DNA of 64,000 bases. It comes from Hyaloraphidium curvatum SAG 235-1 (lineage: Eukaryota; Fungi; Monoblepharomycota). Within the stretch, counting starts at the first letter, position 1, and the number at the start of each line of letters is the position of its first letter. The stretch spans positions 248,001 through 312,000 of the forward strand of contig JAIVFI010000009.1 of assembly GCA_025558095.1 (NCBI GenBank), written 5' to 3'. Shown one piece after another: positions 14,497 to 27,751 of the stretch. The position numbers and the translations under genes are program-made. The notes under the pieces are model-generated. The model did no database searches. It saw nothing but the letters and a program-made list of their open reading frames with translations, and was not told the origin of the DNA.

Positions 14497-16085
14497 CTAC
14501 CCCTTCTTTCCCGCAAGGAGCCATTCCGCGGCCGCCATCTCGTCGTTGTTCTTGTAAAGCAGCGCTTCCTGGACGTCCGATTGCGCGAAGCCCATCTCAC
14601 GCAACCGAGCACTGCCCTTCAGGAAGCGATCGGCCCGATCGTAGTCGCTGTCGAACAGCAGGAGGGCAATCTCAATGTCCTGCGCTGTATACAAGCCCGA
14701 ACCCATGAGTGGCGTGAAAGCCACGGCAAAGTCGACGACTTTCTTCTCGTCGGTAGAGTGATGGCGGACCGCGCGCGCGACGGCATCGGCAGGGAAACCC
14801 ATGGCGACAACCGACGAGAAAAGTGCCTGTTGCAGACCACGTAAGTGCCAATCAGCATACCGTGCGCTTCCCGGCGTCACCTTTTGTGCGGGAGACAAAT
14901 CCGAGGGAGCTTCGGGCACATCCGGCGACCGGCCTATGCTCGGCGACTGCGACATGCTTGCTGGACGTGGAGGAACCGGTGGCGACGCTCGTGGGGGCAG
15001 GGCGGAACCAGAAAGGGGAGAGGGGCGGTTCGGCGAACCGCTCGGGAGGTAGGAGAAAGGCCGTTCGTGCCCGCCCTCGACCCGCGTCGGGTACTGGAAC
15101 GAGCCAGTTCCCGAGGAAAATGTCCGGTGACCCGCATCGGCAGGGTTCTGTGCCTGAGCATTCCGTGCTGAAGGGGGAATGGAGCGGCCTGACGGCGGTA
15201 CTGCCGTGCGGGGGTGGTGATTGACCCCAAGCACCTCGCCGATCGCGGAGAGGTCGTCCTGAGGTACGTCCCAGGGATCAGGCGGCGCCAGCCCCTGTTC
15301 AAACTCGAGGAAATTGAAGTCTGGGGGGCGTTGCACGGTCTGGTTCGTCGCCGTGGGAGACGGGGACGGCAAACTGCCTTCGAGGCCAGAACCCGTTCGT
15401 GCCCCTAGGCGAGGGCGGGTGAGAATGAGCAACACGCAAGTCGAAATGATCCTGCATACCAGAAGACGACGCCGAGGGCCGATCAAGTTTCCGTGGGTCC
15501 AAAGTTGGAGTGCTGCTTGTCGGCCTCGCCCCGTTGGGAATGGGGGCATCCTGGGAACTCGGCGGTCGCCCCACCGTTGGAGACGCGTCGAACTGGGTGG
15601 CCACGCTATCCAGCATTCCAAAATCGACGTCCGTCAGAGAACCGTTGGATCTGGTGTTCGGCGGAGGCTCCCGCGAAACGCTGCCCGGTCCTGCGCCGTC
15701 GCCGCCCGATTGCCCCGAACCAGGCCGCGACTGCTCCTTCGCCAAGCGAGCTGCTTCGCTCTTCTGACGAAGCTCCTCTTCCGCAAGCCGATCCCTCTCG
15801 ATTGCTTCGAGCAGCTTCCGCTCAAAGACGAAATCGTAATCGCACTGTTCCGAGGCAACGAACATGAGGCCGTGGACCTCCGCGCGACGACACCAAGGAC
15901 CCCACGGCTTCCAGTAGATCCTCATTGATCGGCCTAAACTCCTTTGGCGAGTCAACTCGTCCGGCAACGCGGTATTTCTCGTTGAGCACCACGGGAACGT
16001 CGCGGAGCGCATTGTAGTGGCCTGAACACGGGGCTCGATTTCCGCTTCATCGGACTACTGCGGGACGGCTCACTCGGTGCATCAT
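14497..16085 (-). CDS. UBAP1: UBAP1-like ESCRT-I subunit (N-terminal UMA domain, C-terminal tandem UBA/SOUBA)
   Basis: N-terminal ALRDVPVVLNEKY...CDYDFVFERKLL resembles UMA; C-terminal AMGFPADAVARAV...LREMGFAQSDVQEALL UBA repeats. Confidence 0.8.
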
Positions 16086-16221
16086 GAAGGCCTGCGCCCG
16101 TCGAACCCCATCCAGAGCCCCAGGACATGTCTCGACGGGGCGGTAGCAGGAAGGTCGTCTCTGAGATGCGACTGCCGGGCGGCGCCGATGATGAAGGCGG
16201 TGGCCCCGAATCACAATCGTT

Positions 16222-19200
16222 CTACACGAGCGTGGCCTCTAGAAAGTCGCGGTCCGCTTGCGCGAGCGACTCAAATGACGCTTCCAAGTACTCCCGCAGG
16301 ATGTCTTCCTTCGTCTCCGGGGTTCCGCCATGTCGAGTAAAGTGGAGAGCGGCAATGTCCTGCGCCTCCTTCAGCATGCCCCTCTTCATGACCGCGAGCA
16401 CCATGTTCTCGGCTCGCCGGTTGTCGACCAGGTAGTTGACGAGCTTGAGCAGCTGCGGGCTCTTTGCCAAACAGTCGTAGATCCGTCGAGTGTCGATCGC
16501 GTCGAACACGGATTCACGAATGATTATCTGCACACGGACTTCATCAGACATTGCGGGCAGCATCGCAAAAGAAACGTACGTCGTAGGGCTCAAAGTCTTG
16601 AGCAGCGTTTGTCCTTGCGCGCGCCGCGTCCATGAGGTCGAGGCACTTCACGAGCTTGGCTCCGTCCGCGCGCTCGAGGAGACCGGCCAGAGCTGCATCT
16701 CCCTGCTCGGATTGCGGGAGCGCCACCAAAGCTCGGAACGCCACCAAAAGATGCGTTGCCGGTGCTTCAGATCCTCCCAGTTGCGCGAATCGTGCGACGA
16801 TCTCGGGCAAACTCAGTTGCGGTAGGAAAGGACACTTCTGGATCAGTCTCAAGACGTCCAGATACGAGGTCACCGGCACTTAGAGAGCCTTCCATTAGCA
16901 AAAAGAGCGGACGTACGTAGTGAGTCGTACCAGATTCAGTCGATGACACAGGAAGCGAGTCCAAGGTTCCCAGCACGACTTTGTCCCAGAGCATGGGAAG
17001 GAACTTGACCTGCGAAAGCTCGGGGACGGAGCTTACATGCTCCAGGATCCCCGTCAGGTAGTTATACTGGGTAGGATCATGTCATCAAACGTCTGCGGAC
17101 CGGGTGACAGCACGCACAGCTCCGTGCTTCAGCAGACGATGAAGCACATTCTCCCATAGGGTCGTGTCCCAAAGCTGGAAGTCCATCGAAACGTTGCAGA
17201 TCAACTGCAATGCCTGTTTGCAACAGCGTTACTATATCGAAGATAACTGACGCAATGTTCCAGACAAACCAACCTTGGTCTCGCCGTTGTGGTTAAGCCA
17301 CAGCGAACGAACAAGCGCTGCCTTGTCGCAGTTGGTGAATTCCTTGATAGTCTGCGGAATCCGAAGCTCCTCGAAGTCGGCCAGATAAAGCAGCATTTGC
17401 AGGTAGTTTCTGTGCGAAGTTGTCACTCGGTCGCGAGAGCTTTGGACGCAAGCAAACCAACCTGATCTGATCGTAGCTCATGACTTTGCCGATCTCATCC
17501 GCGCCGGCAAACTGGAACAAGACGCACAGCGCCCTAATTCTCGTCATTGTTGTGATTTTTGTGCTCGGCTGGTTTACCGTGAGCTCGGCGAGCCAAGCTG
17601 CTCCAGGTCTCCTTCTTACCTGGCACGCAATGTTTAGCATGTCCCGCACACTCTTGTCCACTGGCTGGCTCTTGAGCAGGTAGAGAAGCTGGAGCTGCAC
17701 TGATCGCTCCGCACTCCAGTGCGCAACGTAGTTCATCTGGGAAGATCGGATCACGCTGTGCGCGGAATCCTTCTCGCAACCGCTTACCTGCACTCGAATG
17801 GACGGCAGATAGGTCTCCTTGTCCTGCTTGGAGACAGAAACCTCCTGGTTGAGCCATGCCTGGATCGAATGGATCAATTGTCTTGACGTTCCAGGGACCC
17901 GGTCGCGCTCACTTGAAGCAGCTTAAGGCGAGTCTTTTCAACGTCGATACCGTGGCGCCGTGCGATGTCCTCGACGACCGCGTGCAAATCTATGGGATCT
18001 GCGGCGACTGGATAAGAGTGCCGCGAGAAGAGACATGCGTTTGCTTGGATTCACCTTTATGCAGAACCATGTCGGCCGACTTCTGCGAATAGAGCTGAAC
18101 GACGAGCTCCTGCGGCCGCTGCAAGAACTCCAGGAAAGGCTGCAGGTTCAATGAGCGGAGTTGGTGCTCGGTCTCCGTGGCAGCCAGCATGTGCCGGATC
18201 TTGCTCTGCGCCGTGGTCGCCTTGTCAAGCTGGACCTTGTCTTCCTCCGTCTGACGCAAGAATAAGCTGTGGCTCACCCTGTGAATCACCAGACGACGAA
18301 ACCATGCTCACTGGTGAGGCCTGCAGCTTTTGCACCCATTTCTCGGCCAGATGTTGGGCTGTTTTGTAGGCTTGAATGCGATCGGGTCCGCATGGGAACA
18401 CTCCAGCAATGAATGCCGTCATTTGGAGAGCATCGCTAAACTCGCGATACTTCAAGAGAAGCGGCCTGAAGTCGGCGAACTTGTGCTTGGGGCTGGCATT
18501 TGGATCTCCTCGTTGCTGCGAGCGAGCATCCCCCTAGGAGGTAGCCCAATCAGGATCATCGAATGACATCTGACGCTTTGCTCACCATGGCCGCCGCCAT
18601 TTTGCGGATAACTGCCTCATAGAACCGATCGGGGGAGATTGCAAGCGGTATTGTCAGGGGAATCAACTTTGGCAGCGTCTCCTCCGAAAGCTCGGCTTGA
18701 AGCAAGGGCCAGAAGTGGGATTCGCTCTGGAGGAAGGGACGGAGAGGCAAACGACGGGTGGCGCTTGACGAGAGCTGGATCGAATTGCGGCATTAGCAAT
18801 TAAAGAGAGGCTTCTGAATCTACACCTACGTCCGCGGGGCCATGCGTTGAATCCGCAAGAGGGAACGAACTAGTGTCGTCGAGTCCTTTGCGAGCTTCCT
18901 GGAGCTCGGTCTCCGAGGGAACGCTGGTGCGCTGATACCCAGAGAGAATTTCAAGCAGGAGCAAGCCCTTCTTGGCGAGTGATTCCTTCTCGTCGAGGCG
19001 TTTGATTTGACTGAAGAGGAACTGGTAACCTGCGAGCGTTGGGGGCGATCAGCATGATGCAGGGAATGCGGCTCCAAACACCTACGTTCGTAGTCGTAGG
19101 GTGAAATGGACGGGAAGCACCGGTCCAGAAGCAAGCGGAGGAGCTTTTCCTTGTTCACGACGTCGTCCACGACCGCCGCCACCCTCCACGAGTAGCTAGA

Positions 19201-22200
19201 GCCGTCCTCATGCTGCATCAAAAGGTTGATGTAGTGCAGCAATACGAAGTCGTCTGCAATGGTCGTGAGCCATGGATGTTGCTCTGCGCGTCGCAACGCC
19301 AAGCACCTTCAATGTTGTAAGCCCTCGTAAAGTCCAACACTGTGAGAAGGTCGAAACTTGTCTTCCGAAGCATGGGAACCACTAGCTGACGTTGGTACTC
19401 GCCGCCACGGCTTGCGCGATACGCAGCCTCGTCGAACGGTATCTCTGCGGAACAGCGAAGTTGCGTGAGGTTCTTTGGCTCAATTGCAGCACACAATGCC
19501 TTACCAAGCAACCGAAGCTGTTGCCACCATCGCGCGTTCGTTCCGAGCTGCTGACAATCGAGCTGGAAAGAGCGTTGGCTCCACGCCGCGCCGGCGGCTC
19601 GGCCAATGAGGGCAATCTTTGTGAGACGATGGTACTCGGTTCCCGTCGACTGCATTCCCGCTTTGAAGGCTTCGAATGCCTTTTCCAGAGGAAGACACAG
19701 CATGAAGCCAAGAGCGAGGGACTCGTCGATGTGCCGCGTGCTCAGGACCTAAATGCAGATCGATGGATTAGGAACAGTCGGGCGTCAACGTGCGTCGTCA
19801 GTTCACCGTCTGCAAGAGCGAGCCGACGAGATCGAAGTAGCCACGGTGTCCCAGATCATCCACGTTGGATTCGAGCACGGTTTGGTCGTTCTGCTTGCGG
19901 GTGGTGTGCTCCAAAAGGCGTTGCCAGACCTGCAATGCGAGCACCCGGCACTGGTTCCGGCCCAACGTGCCGATGAGATCCATCCCGCTAGCAACAGGCC
20001 CTCGCGACTCCGAGCCCTTGCTCTTGCTCTTTGCGTTCCCCACAACAGCCGACAGATGCAAAGCGTCCATTGCAAACTGCGAGACAAGCTCCATTGTGAG
20101 CACAGTATCGAGCACGAGTCCGTTCTCGTAGAAGTGGCCCTCGAAGAGAAATCGTCCGTACGTGTCGGCTGCCCCGACAGGTTTTTCGTCCGTGCCTCTG
20201 GGTGCCGGCAGCGCCTGGATGATGGGTGCACTCGAGCTCCCACTACTGCCCACACTCGGCACATTGAAGAACGCGTCGGGGAGATCGCCGGTCTCGGCGA
20301 TCAACAGAGCCTCGTAGTCACCGGCATCGCACTGGTTGAAGATTGCGTGCGACAGCTCATGCACCTTGAACGCATCCAAAGCATCTGCACGAAAGTCAGG
20401 CGGGAAGGAAATTGGCTGCGAATGCGCACTCGCCTGGAAGGTCGTACGCATTGCACCACATGACGGCTTGTTGTGCAAGCCGCTTGATCTCCCCAGTGAG
20501 GCGGTGGCTGAAGATGGAATCTTTGCTGTCCCGGTAGACTTGACCGTGCTGCGAAGCGTATCCGACCAGCCGCGCCGCTACCGCACGGAGCGTGGTACCC
20601 AGTTTCTCCTCTTTGCCCCTTTCGATAATCTCGGTGCAAAGCAAGGAAACGGTCCGGAAGTCCCCGCAGCGAGCTGCCTCCTCGGCCATCACGCCCTTCA
20701 GATCATCGCGCGCGACGCCCAGAAGCTCCGCAAGGCTGCAAGACGCGTCAGTTGTTGAGCTCCTAAGGACGAAGTGAACATACCGATAGAGATCGTTCTG
20801 ACTCCACTTGCCCGGCTTGCGGTCCGCTTCGCTCCGCTTTCCCGAAGCATAATGGAACACCTCCCTCGCCATCTCCCCGAGCAAACGATTCTGAACCGCC
20901 CTGATGTCCTCGTGATACTCGGCAGGCGAAATCATGAAGCCAAAGTCGTCGAAGAGCGATCTCAGGTTGATGAACTGAGGCAGCCGAAGCAACACCTCGC
21001 GCGAGCGATCAGCACCGCGGTAGCCGGGCTCGCGAGAAGTCTCGTTCGAACTGGCGTGGTGTTTTGCGACGTTCTCCGCAACCACAATTGCGGCGTTCAG
21101 GGAAACACGATACGTGCGCCCGCCTTTCTCCTCCGTCACATCTAGTGTTTGGAACAGTAAGGTGCGAGCTCATTGCCATTCTTTCCAGCGACTCACCCTG
21201 GAAGGCAACCGCCTCCTCCATGTTGCAGAGAGCCCATTCCAAAAGCTCGCCGCAGATGCTCTCCTGGTCAGCTAGAGTAAGGACGTGCTCTCGCGGATCC
21301 GGCACGGGAAGTGAGCTTGTCTCCGAGCCAGTGTGCAAGAGGGTGATGGCCCGCGAGTGCTCTTCCTCCGCCAAAAGGTTCCGGAGCCGGGTTGCGAATG
21401 CATCCAGCTTGGTGAGGTGGTGATAGGCGGTGACGACCTGTGCGAAATGTTGGTAACCGAGAGCCCTCGTCCCGGGGCTGCTTGAGACCAACCTGCATGG
21501 CATCATCCATGACATCCGTAAGGTCCGTCCGCGACAGGATGTGCCGCATGAGCCCCGTCGCAAGAGACAGGTCCGACACATTGAAAGAGGTGATCTCGTA
21601 CCGCAAGAGCATCTTCTTGAGCTGCATGAGGCGGTACTGCTCCCGCAGCTCGTCGATGCGGCGGACAGCGGGCCATGCCAGAGCCTAGAGGTTTGCGGTG
21701 GCATCAATGAGCAAGGGCCGCAAATCAGGTTGGAGAAAAGTCGTACCTCTGTGATTGTCTTGTCCAACTCATCGCTCCAGGGAACCGGCGCCCGTCTCAT
21801 GACCTCGAGCACCGTCTCCGTCTTCGCCTCCACCGATTGCATGCATCCGATCAGCGCGAGAACCCTTGCCTCCCACGGCGCGCCCGCGAGAGACGAGGCC
21901 GACCCTTGGCGAAAGTGAGCTGCGCGTGCGACGCAAATTGGGGAAGGAGCATACCGGCGTTCTCCATGATCTCGGCGGCATACTCGGTAAGAAGTTCGTC
22001 GCACGACAGGTCGTTGGCCTGCGCGTAGGGCTTGAAGTGTTCGTCCACGGCCGATTGGAGCAGCTCCGGCGCAGCGACCCTGTCAAGCAGCTCGATGGCT
22101 GGCGAAGCAGAGCTCAGAGTCCTCCTTCGAGATCGTGCGCGAAGAATTCACCGATAGATTGTGGCGTTTCGCGCGAGTAGTCCGCCAGCGAAAGCTTGAG

Positions 22201-24736
22201 ATCGTGATCGTCCTTGCAACGGACATCGGCATCAGCACCGCCATCCGCACCATCGCTCAATGCACGCACCCAAAGCGTCACCATGTCCTTTAGCTGCACC
22301 TTGAGCCCGTGCGCCACCACCCGTCCGATAAAGTCGTCGTCGGACCCGCTCCATCCGTTTGCCTGCGCCATCGCGATGGTCCTGCGCACGTGGGTGGCCG
22401 GCGTGGGAGGGCCGGCGGCGTCGAGCCGCGTCGACTCGGGCTCGGCGTCGAGGAGTCGGATGATCTCGAGCGCGGTATGGGGGCGGCCCTCTCTCTGCTC
22501 GACGATGCGGGCACGCTTCTCGATCCAGGAGGCGACACGGGACCTGTTGAAGGGCGATGAGTGCAACTCTCGCTCTTGGGTGACATGATCCACCTTTCGG
22601 AAGCAATCGCGACGGTGGGAAGGACCTCGTCTCGAAGCCAATGCAGGTACGACCCCGGCAAGGCGTCCTCGGGCATCTCGGCGAGAATGTCGGCCATGCT
22701 CTCGGACAGCTTGTCGTCTGGAGCCGATGCAATCAGAGGGTGCGCGACAGAACAACTTCGCACGACCCACCAATGTGGTGCCTGCGCCAGATGATGATGG
22801 CCCTGAAGATGTCCCCCTTGGCCACCAGCGCCTTCATCTCGCCGGCGAGGTCCGCCGATCGGAAAGCGCTCCATGTGGCCCTGTCGAAGCCCGACTGCTT
22901 CCCGGGGCTACCCGTGACGAGCTGGAACGTGCCCAGGCGCTTGAGAGCCGAGTAGACCTCCGGAACCCGCACCCCGGCGATGTCGCGGGCGTAGTTGAGC
23001 AGCGCGTAGGTGTCTGCGACGGACCTGGCGAGGAACCCCAGGCATGCGTCCACGCGGAAAGCGGGATCGGGGATCCGGGTGAGGTCCGCCAGCATGCCCT
23101 CGGCTTCGGCGCCCTGGCTCCAGATGCTCTCGGCGACCCTGTCCTGTACCTTGGCCTTGAGCACCGAAGCAAGGTCCAGTCCCGGGTACTCCGCCACCAG
23201 TGCCTCGGCGTCCGCCCAGCGGCGGGCGCGGACGAGGGAGGCCAGCTTCTGCAGCGGCGCGATCTCGGAGAGGCGCCGCACGACGAGCCGGTCCTCGGCG
23301 TGCTCGAGGAAGCACAGCTGCATGTGGATCTCGTTCCCCTGCGGAACCGCGGAGACGTTGGCGGTCCAGCAGCGGCCTTCGAGCCTGAGCGACTGCGTCG
23401 CGAGCAGCGAGGGGAGCTCGAGGATCTCCATCGAGTGGGCCCCGTTCCTCTCGATGAAGACGGCGGCGCTGCCGGGAGAGACCATCCGCACGTCGTACGC
23501 GCCGGGCAAGGGGTCCGAGACCCCGAGGATGAGGAGCGTGCGGCTCTCGATCATGGCCAGGAGGCCGCTCGAGTAGAGCGCGAGGAAGTACGGCGGCGTG
23601 CCGCAGAACTCGTCCACGCAGAAGCGCAGGACTTCGTCGCCTTCAAGGGACGGCATAGAGACGATGTCGAACAGCATGGTGCGCTTGGAGAGCGGCGACC
23701 GCCGGAAGACCGCGAGAGGCGTCGCCCCTGCAAAGCAGTGAGCAGATTGCAACTGATCATGCGATTGTCAACACACCTCGGCCTCCAACGACGATCCTCT
23801 CGTCCTTCAGGCCCAGCGGGATGTATACGACGTCGTTGACCTGGTCGAACTGCGCGGCGTCGCCGTTGGTTGCCAGCGTCTCGACGACGATCGCCGCCTT
23901 GATCTCGTTGGCCCGGGCCATGTCCATCTCCTCGAAAGCGAGGTCGAGGGCGCGCAGGTCAACGTTGGAGAAGCGGACCATGGTGCCGTTCGCCAGGATG
24001 ACGATGAGCGTCTCGGTTTCCTCCCTGGGAACGTGAGGGTTGGGTCACCAACAAAAGCGCAGGAGTGTCGCCGACCCACGTCTGGCGTTGCGCGAATCCG
24101 ATCCACTGGAAGGCCTTCTCGCTGTCCTCCGACAGGCCGGCGAGGCCGGAGAGGTCCTGCGAAAAGACCACGGAGCCCGCGGCGACGTGGGCAAAGTGCA
24201 GGGTGCCGGACGAGTCGCCGATGGCGGCGAAGCGGGATAGGCCCGACAGGGCGGCAAAGTCGACCGCGCACTCTGCGGCGAGAATGAGTGGGCGACCGGA
24301 GACGGATCTGGTCCATCCCACCGAAGGTGATTGTCGCCCTGTGCTCCGAGCAGTCCTCGCTCAGGATGTGCACGTCGTTGCCGGCGACGACCGAGAAGGA
24401 CAGCGAGTTGGACAGCGCGGCGAGCTTGGCCAGGCCCTCCCCGTCCCGGTCCCCGTCCGCCCGCTCGAGGACCGCGAGCGCGTCCACCTTGAACAGCGGC
24501 GCGGCGCCGGCCCCGTCTGCGATGGCGACAAACTCCCTGCGGCCGGCGGTGCCCTCCAGCGCGCGCGCGGCGTCCTCGCCGAGGGCCGCGACGCGGAACT
24601 GCGTGGCCTGCCGGCCGTCCCCCGCGTCGGCCGCGCCGTCGCCGCCATCGCCGCCCGCGCGCCCGCGCAGCTTGCCGGGCGATCGGGCCGCCGGGGCCTC
24701 CGCCGCCGGCGGAGAATCGTCCGCGCTCGACAGCAT
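16222..24736 (-). CDS. KNTC1: kinetochore-associated protein 1 / Rod (RZZ complex), large multi-exon gene
   Basis: N-terminal beta-propeller plus long helical region; C-terminal ALVRSLWLNHN..ALQLICNVSMDFQLWDTTLWENVLHRL matches the Rod_C pattern. Confidence 0.85.
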
Positions 24737-24877
24737 CGCTCGTGATTCGGGGCCGTAGCTGGTGGGATTTCGGTCCCCGCGCAAGCTCGCCGACAACAAC
24801 CGTCACTCCGGAGCCCGCTCCCTGGCTCCCGCTGCTCCCCGGCGACCTCCGAGTCGCGTTGCCGTCCGCCCCTCGCA

Positions 24878-26083
24878 ATGCCGGCGGCGCGCTCCCCCGC
24901 GCGGCCGCGGGCGGCGAACCCCCGCCGGCGCAAGGGCCTCGGCACCTCGCTCTGGGACAGGCTGCAGGACGCCCTGATGGCTGCAGAGATCCACTTGGCG
25001 TCGTTGGAGTGGCTGGACCTGGCGTCGCTCAGGTGCGCCTTCAGGACGGACGGACTCCTTGCACCCGCTGACCCCTCGACCCCAGCTTCCCCGTGGGCGT
25101 CTGCTGCAATGCATTGCTCCTGTCGTGCCGGCTGAGTGCCACGCGGCTGGACTCGGGCCTCGGCTTCGACCTGCAGAAGGTGGGCGGTCCTCGGCATTCC
25201 GGCCGAGCTCCGGCCGACGACAGCACGCTCACGTCGGCCGTGGTCTCGTACGTTCAAGGTCGCGATCCTGCAGGGCGTCCTCTTCGCATTCTCCGTCCTC
25301 AACACCATACGCCTCTTCACCACCACCAAGAAGTACGAGCTCTTCCGCCCTTCCTCCGTGGTCCCTCCCAAATCCCCAAACGCCCGCACCATCCGCGTGG
25401 AGCGCCCCGCGGCCCGCGCCGAGGCCGAGGAGGAGGAGCTCGCGGCCCTGCCGCGCCAGACGTTCTTCCAGAGGCTCACGGCCTGCTGCCGCCGCCGGCC
25501 GCGGCTCCCCGAGATCCCCACGGACGAGGCGACGGAGCTCTCGGTGTGGGACCCCAGGCCGGGGAACCTCAACCTCTTCTGCATCTTCTCCCCCGTGCAC
25601 GTGTTCCTGCTCCTCGGCACGGACGCCCGGAACCTGGCCTACGTGTCGCTGGCGTGCGCCGTCCTGGCAGCGGGGCAGTTTGCCCTCGCCAACGCCTTCC
25701 TCCAGCTGGTGCGGGACAGGCAGATCCTGTCCGAGCACCTCTTCCTGGAGTACGACGAGGGCTTCGTGAAGCCGAGGCTGTCGGTGAGGAAGGAGAGCAA
25801 GGCGGTGCAGGTGGGCGGCGGACCGAGGCCCGCGGCGCGGGAGCAGGCCGCCGGCCCAAACAATGCGGGCCGACAGGCGGATGATCGGGTGGAAGTGCAG
25901 GCGGCTCTGTCGCCCAAGGGGCGTGCGTCGATGGGCGGGGGCGAGAACGCGAGGGCGGACGGCTCGTCCTCGAGCCCGCGCGCGAGGGAAGGCGACCTCG
26001 TCAGGGGACAGCGCGCCGTGGTGGAAAGCCCGCTGCAGAACTCGGGGAGTCGCTTGAAGCTAGGACAGGTGCGGACGGGCTGA
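24878..26083 (+). CDS. Nur1/Mug154-like nuclear rim membrane protein
   Basis: LNTIRLFTTTKKYELF, ELSVWDP..NLNLFCIFSPVH, QLVRDRQILSEHLFLEYDEGFVKPRL. Confidence 0.75.
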
Positions 26084-26111
26084 TGATCAGGCAAAAGAGT
26101 CCTCTTTTCCC

Positions 26112-27653
26112 TCAGTAATCTCCCATCAACCCGCTGAGCTGCGTGTCGCCCGTCCGGTCCAGCAGCTCATCCAGCCGCGAGACGGGCCCCGCCCCGCGTC
26201 CAGCATCGACCTGCTCGCGGCGCACGAGGACGATCTCGTACATGGCACTCTCCTTGAGCACCAGCAGGGTGTCTGCACCCGTCTGCGCGAAGCCCAGCAC
26301 CGATCCGCCCTCGTTGAAGTCGACGACGTACTGGTTCGAGGTCCGTACCCCGGCGTCGGGCGTCGAGTAGAAGAACCCCAGCCTGGACCCCTCGATGACG
26401 AAGAAAAAGTCGTAGCTCGCGGTGTAGGACGCGAACTTCTTCTCCTTCTTGCTCGCAGCAATGTAGGCAAGCGCGGGGAGGCTGCACACGTGTTCGGCCT
26501 CGGCCGAGCCGGCTTTGAGCGCGTACACGGCACCGTCGACGTCGTAGCCAAATAAAAGCTCGGGTGGGATACCACGGGCGCGAACGCCGGGCGAGAGGAA
26601 GGCGTTCCCAGCGCAGTTGTTGACGTGCGTGCAGCCGCCCACCGCGGCGTCGAAGCGCCAGATGTATGTCGGCGGGGAGGAGATGACGTCGGCAGATTCG
26701 AGCTGGCTCAGAAGATTCGGCTGCTCGGGGTCCTTGGCGCTGTCAAGTGCCTCCGGCCCCTCTTCCATCATCGTCGTGAACTCCTCCGCAGGACCCGACG
26801 GCACCTCGGCGCCCAAAGGCGCGGACCTGGTACCGACCGACGTCGACACAAAGTCAGACGTGCCGACAACGAAGAATGCCGACTGGGCCCCGCCAAAAGA
26901 TGCCTCCAGGTACCCGCACAGGGCCGGCGCGGAGCTCCTCAGCTCGAACGAGGCCACCTCCTCTCCCGCGTTGCCGTCAACTGTGGCAAAAGAGACGCCG
27001 AAAACGAGCTTCTCGGCGACCGTGGCCTCGCGCCGTCCGCCAAAGTCGCGAGATCCCAGACCGGGCCGGCTCCGCGAGGGCAAGGACGTCCCGGGATCCG
27101 CAGCGTCCGCCTCGGCATCGTACCACGAGGCCAGGAGGCTCAAAGTGCCAGCATCGTCCATGCAGCAATCCAAAATCTCGGTCGCTCTCGCCGTCTTGGC
27201 TGTTCGGAAGCTTCGCACCACGGTACTAGCGTCGCCCGGCCCTGCCCATCGCACGAGGTGGAACAAGCCCTCGCCATCACACGCGAGGACGTATCCAGGA
27301 CCCGGCACACCGAGTGTGACCCAAGCAGACGGCTCCGCGGTCCGAGGAAGCTGGAAGACCACCGACATGTCGCCCGGCGAACGCGCATAGACGATGTGCA
27401 GCTCAGAGTCGACAAAGAGCGAGCCTCCGTGCTCATCGCAGGGCACAAGAGCGTTGCGGATGATCCCGGCCCATCGGAAAGAGCCCTTGGTCGTCGCATT
27501 CGGCGGGCTGTAGCGCAGAGCAGCGGGTTGGAGAGGAGCACCCCGGACGCGTTCGAGTTCCCCGTCGATTTTGAGCTTGTAGCCCTCGAACGTGTGATGC
27601 AGAAGCGCCCGATTGACATTCAAAGTGCTCAGAATCGGCGAGGTAGGTGCCAT
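26112..27653 (-). CDS. NUDCD1: NudC domain-containing protein 1 homolog (intronless)
   Basis: LNVNRALLHHTFEGYKL N-terminal and EHVCSLPALAYIAASKKEKKF C-terminal NUDCD1 signatures. Confidence 0.85.
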   Translation of the reverse strand: MAPTSPILSTLNVNRALLHHTFEGYKLKIDGELERVRGAPLQPAALRYSPPNATTKGSFRWAGIIRNALVPCDEHGGSLFVDSELHIVYARSPGDMSVVFQLPRTAEPSAWVTLGVPGPGYVLACDGEGLFHLVRWAGPGDASTVVRSFRTAKTARATEILDCCMDDAGTLSLLASWYDAEADAADPGTSLPSRSRPGLGSRDFGGRREATVAEKLVFGVSFATVDGNAGEEVASFELRSSAPALCGYLEASFGGAQSAFFVVGTSDFVSTSVGTRSAPLGAEVPSGPAEEFTTMMEEGPEALDSAKDPEQPNLLSQLESADVISSPPTYIWRFDAAVGGCTHVNNCAGNAFLSPGVRARGIPPELLFGYDVDGAVYALKAGSAEAEHVCSLPALAYIAASKKEKKFASYTASYDFFFVIEGSRLGFFYSTPDAGVRTSNQYVVDFNEGGSVLGFAQTGADTLLVLKESAMYEIVLVRREQVDAGRGAGPVSRLDELLDRTGDTQLSGLMGDY

Positions 27654-27751
27654 GGCGACTACTGTGGGAGACGCAATCTGCCGATTGACGGCTCCGTCGA
27701 CGACCGCGGCCGGGCCTGTTGACTTGTTGACGCCCTCACTCAACAGTATCA

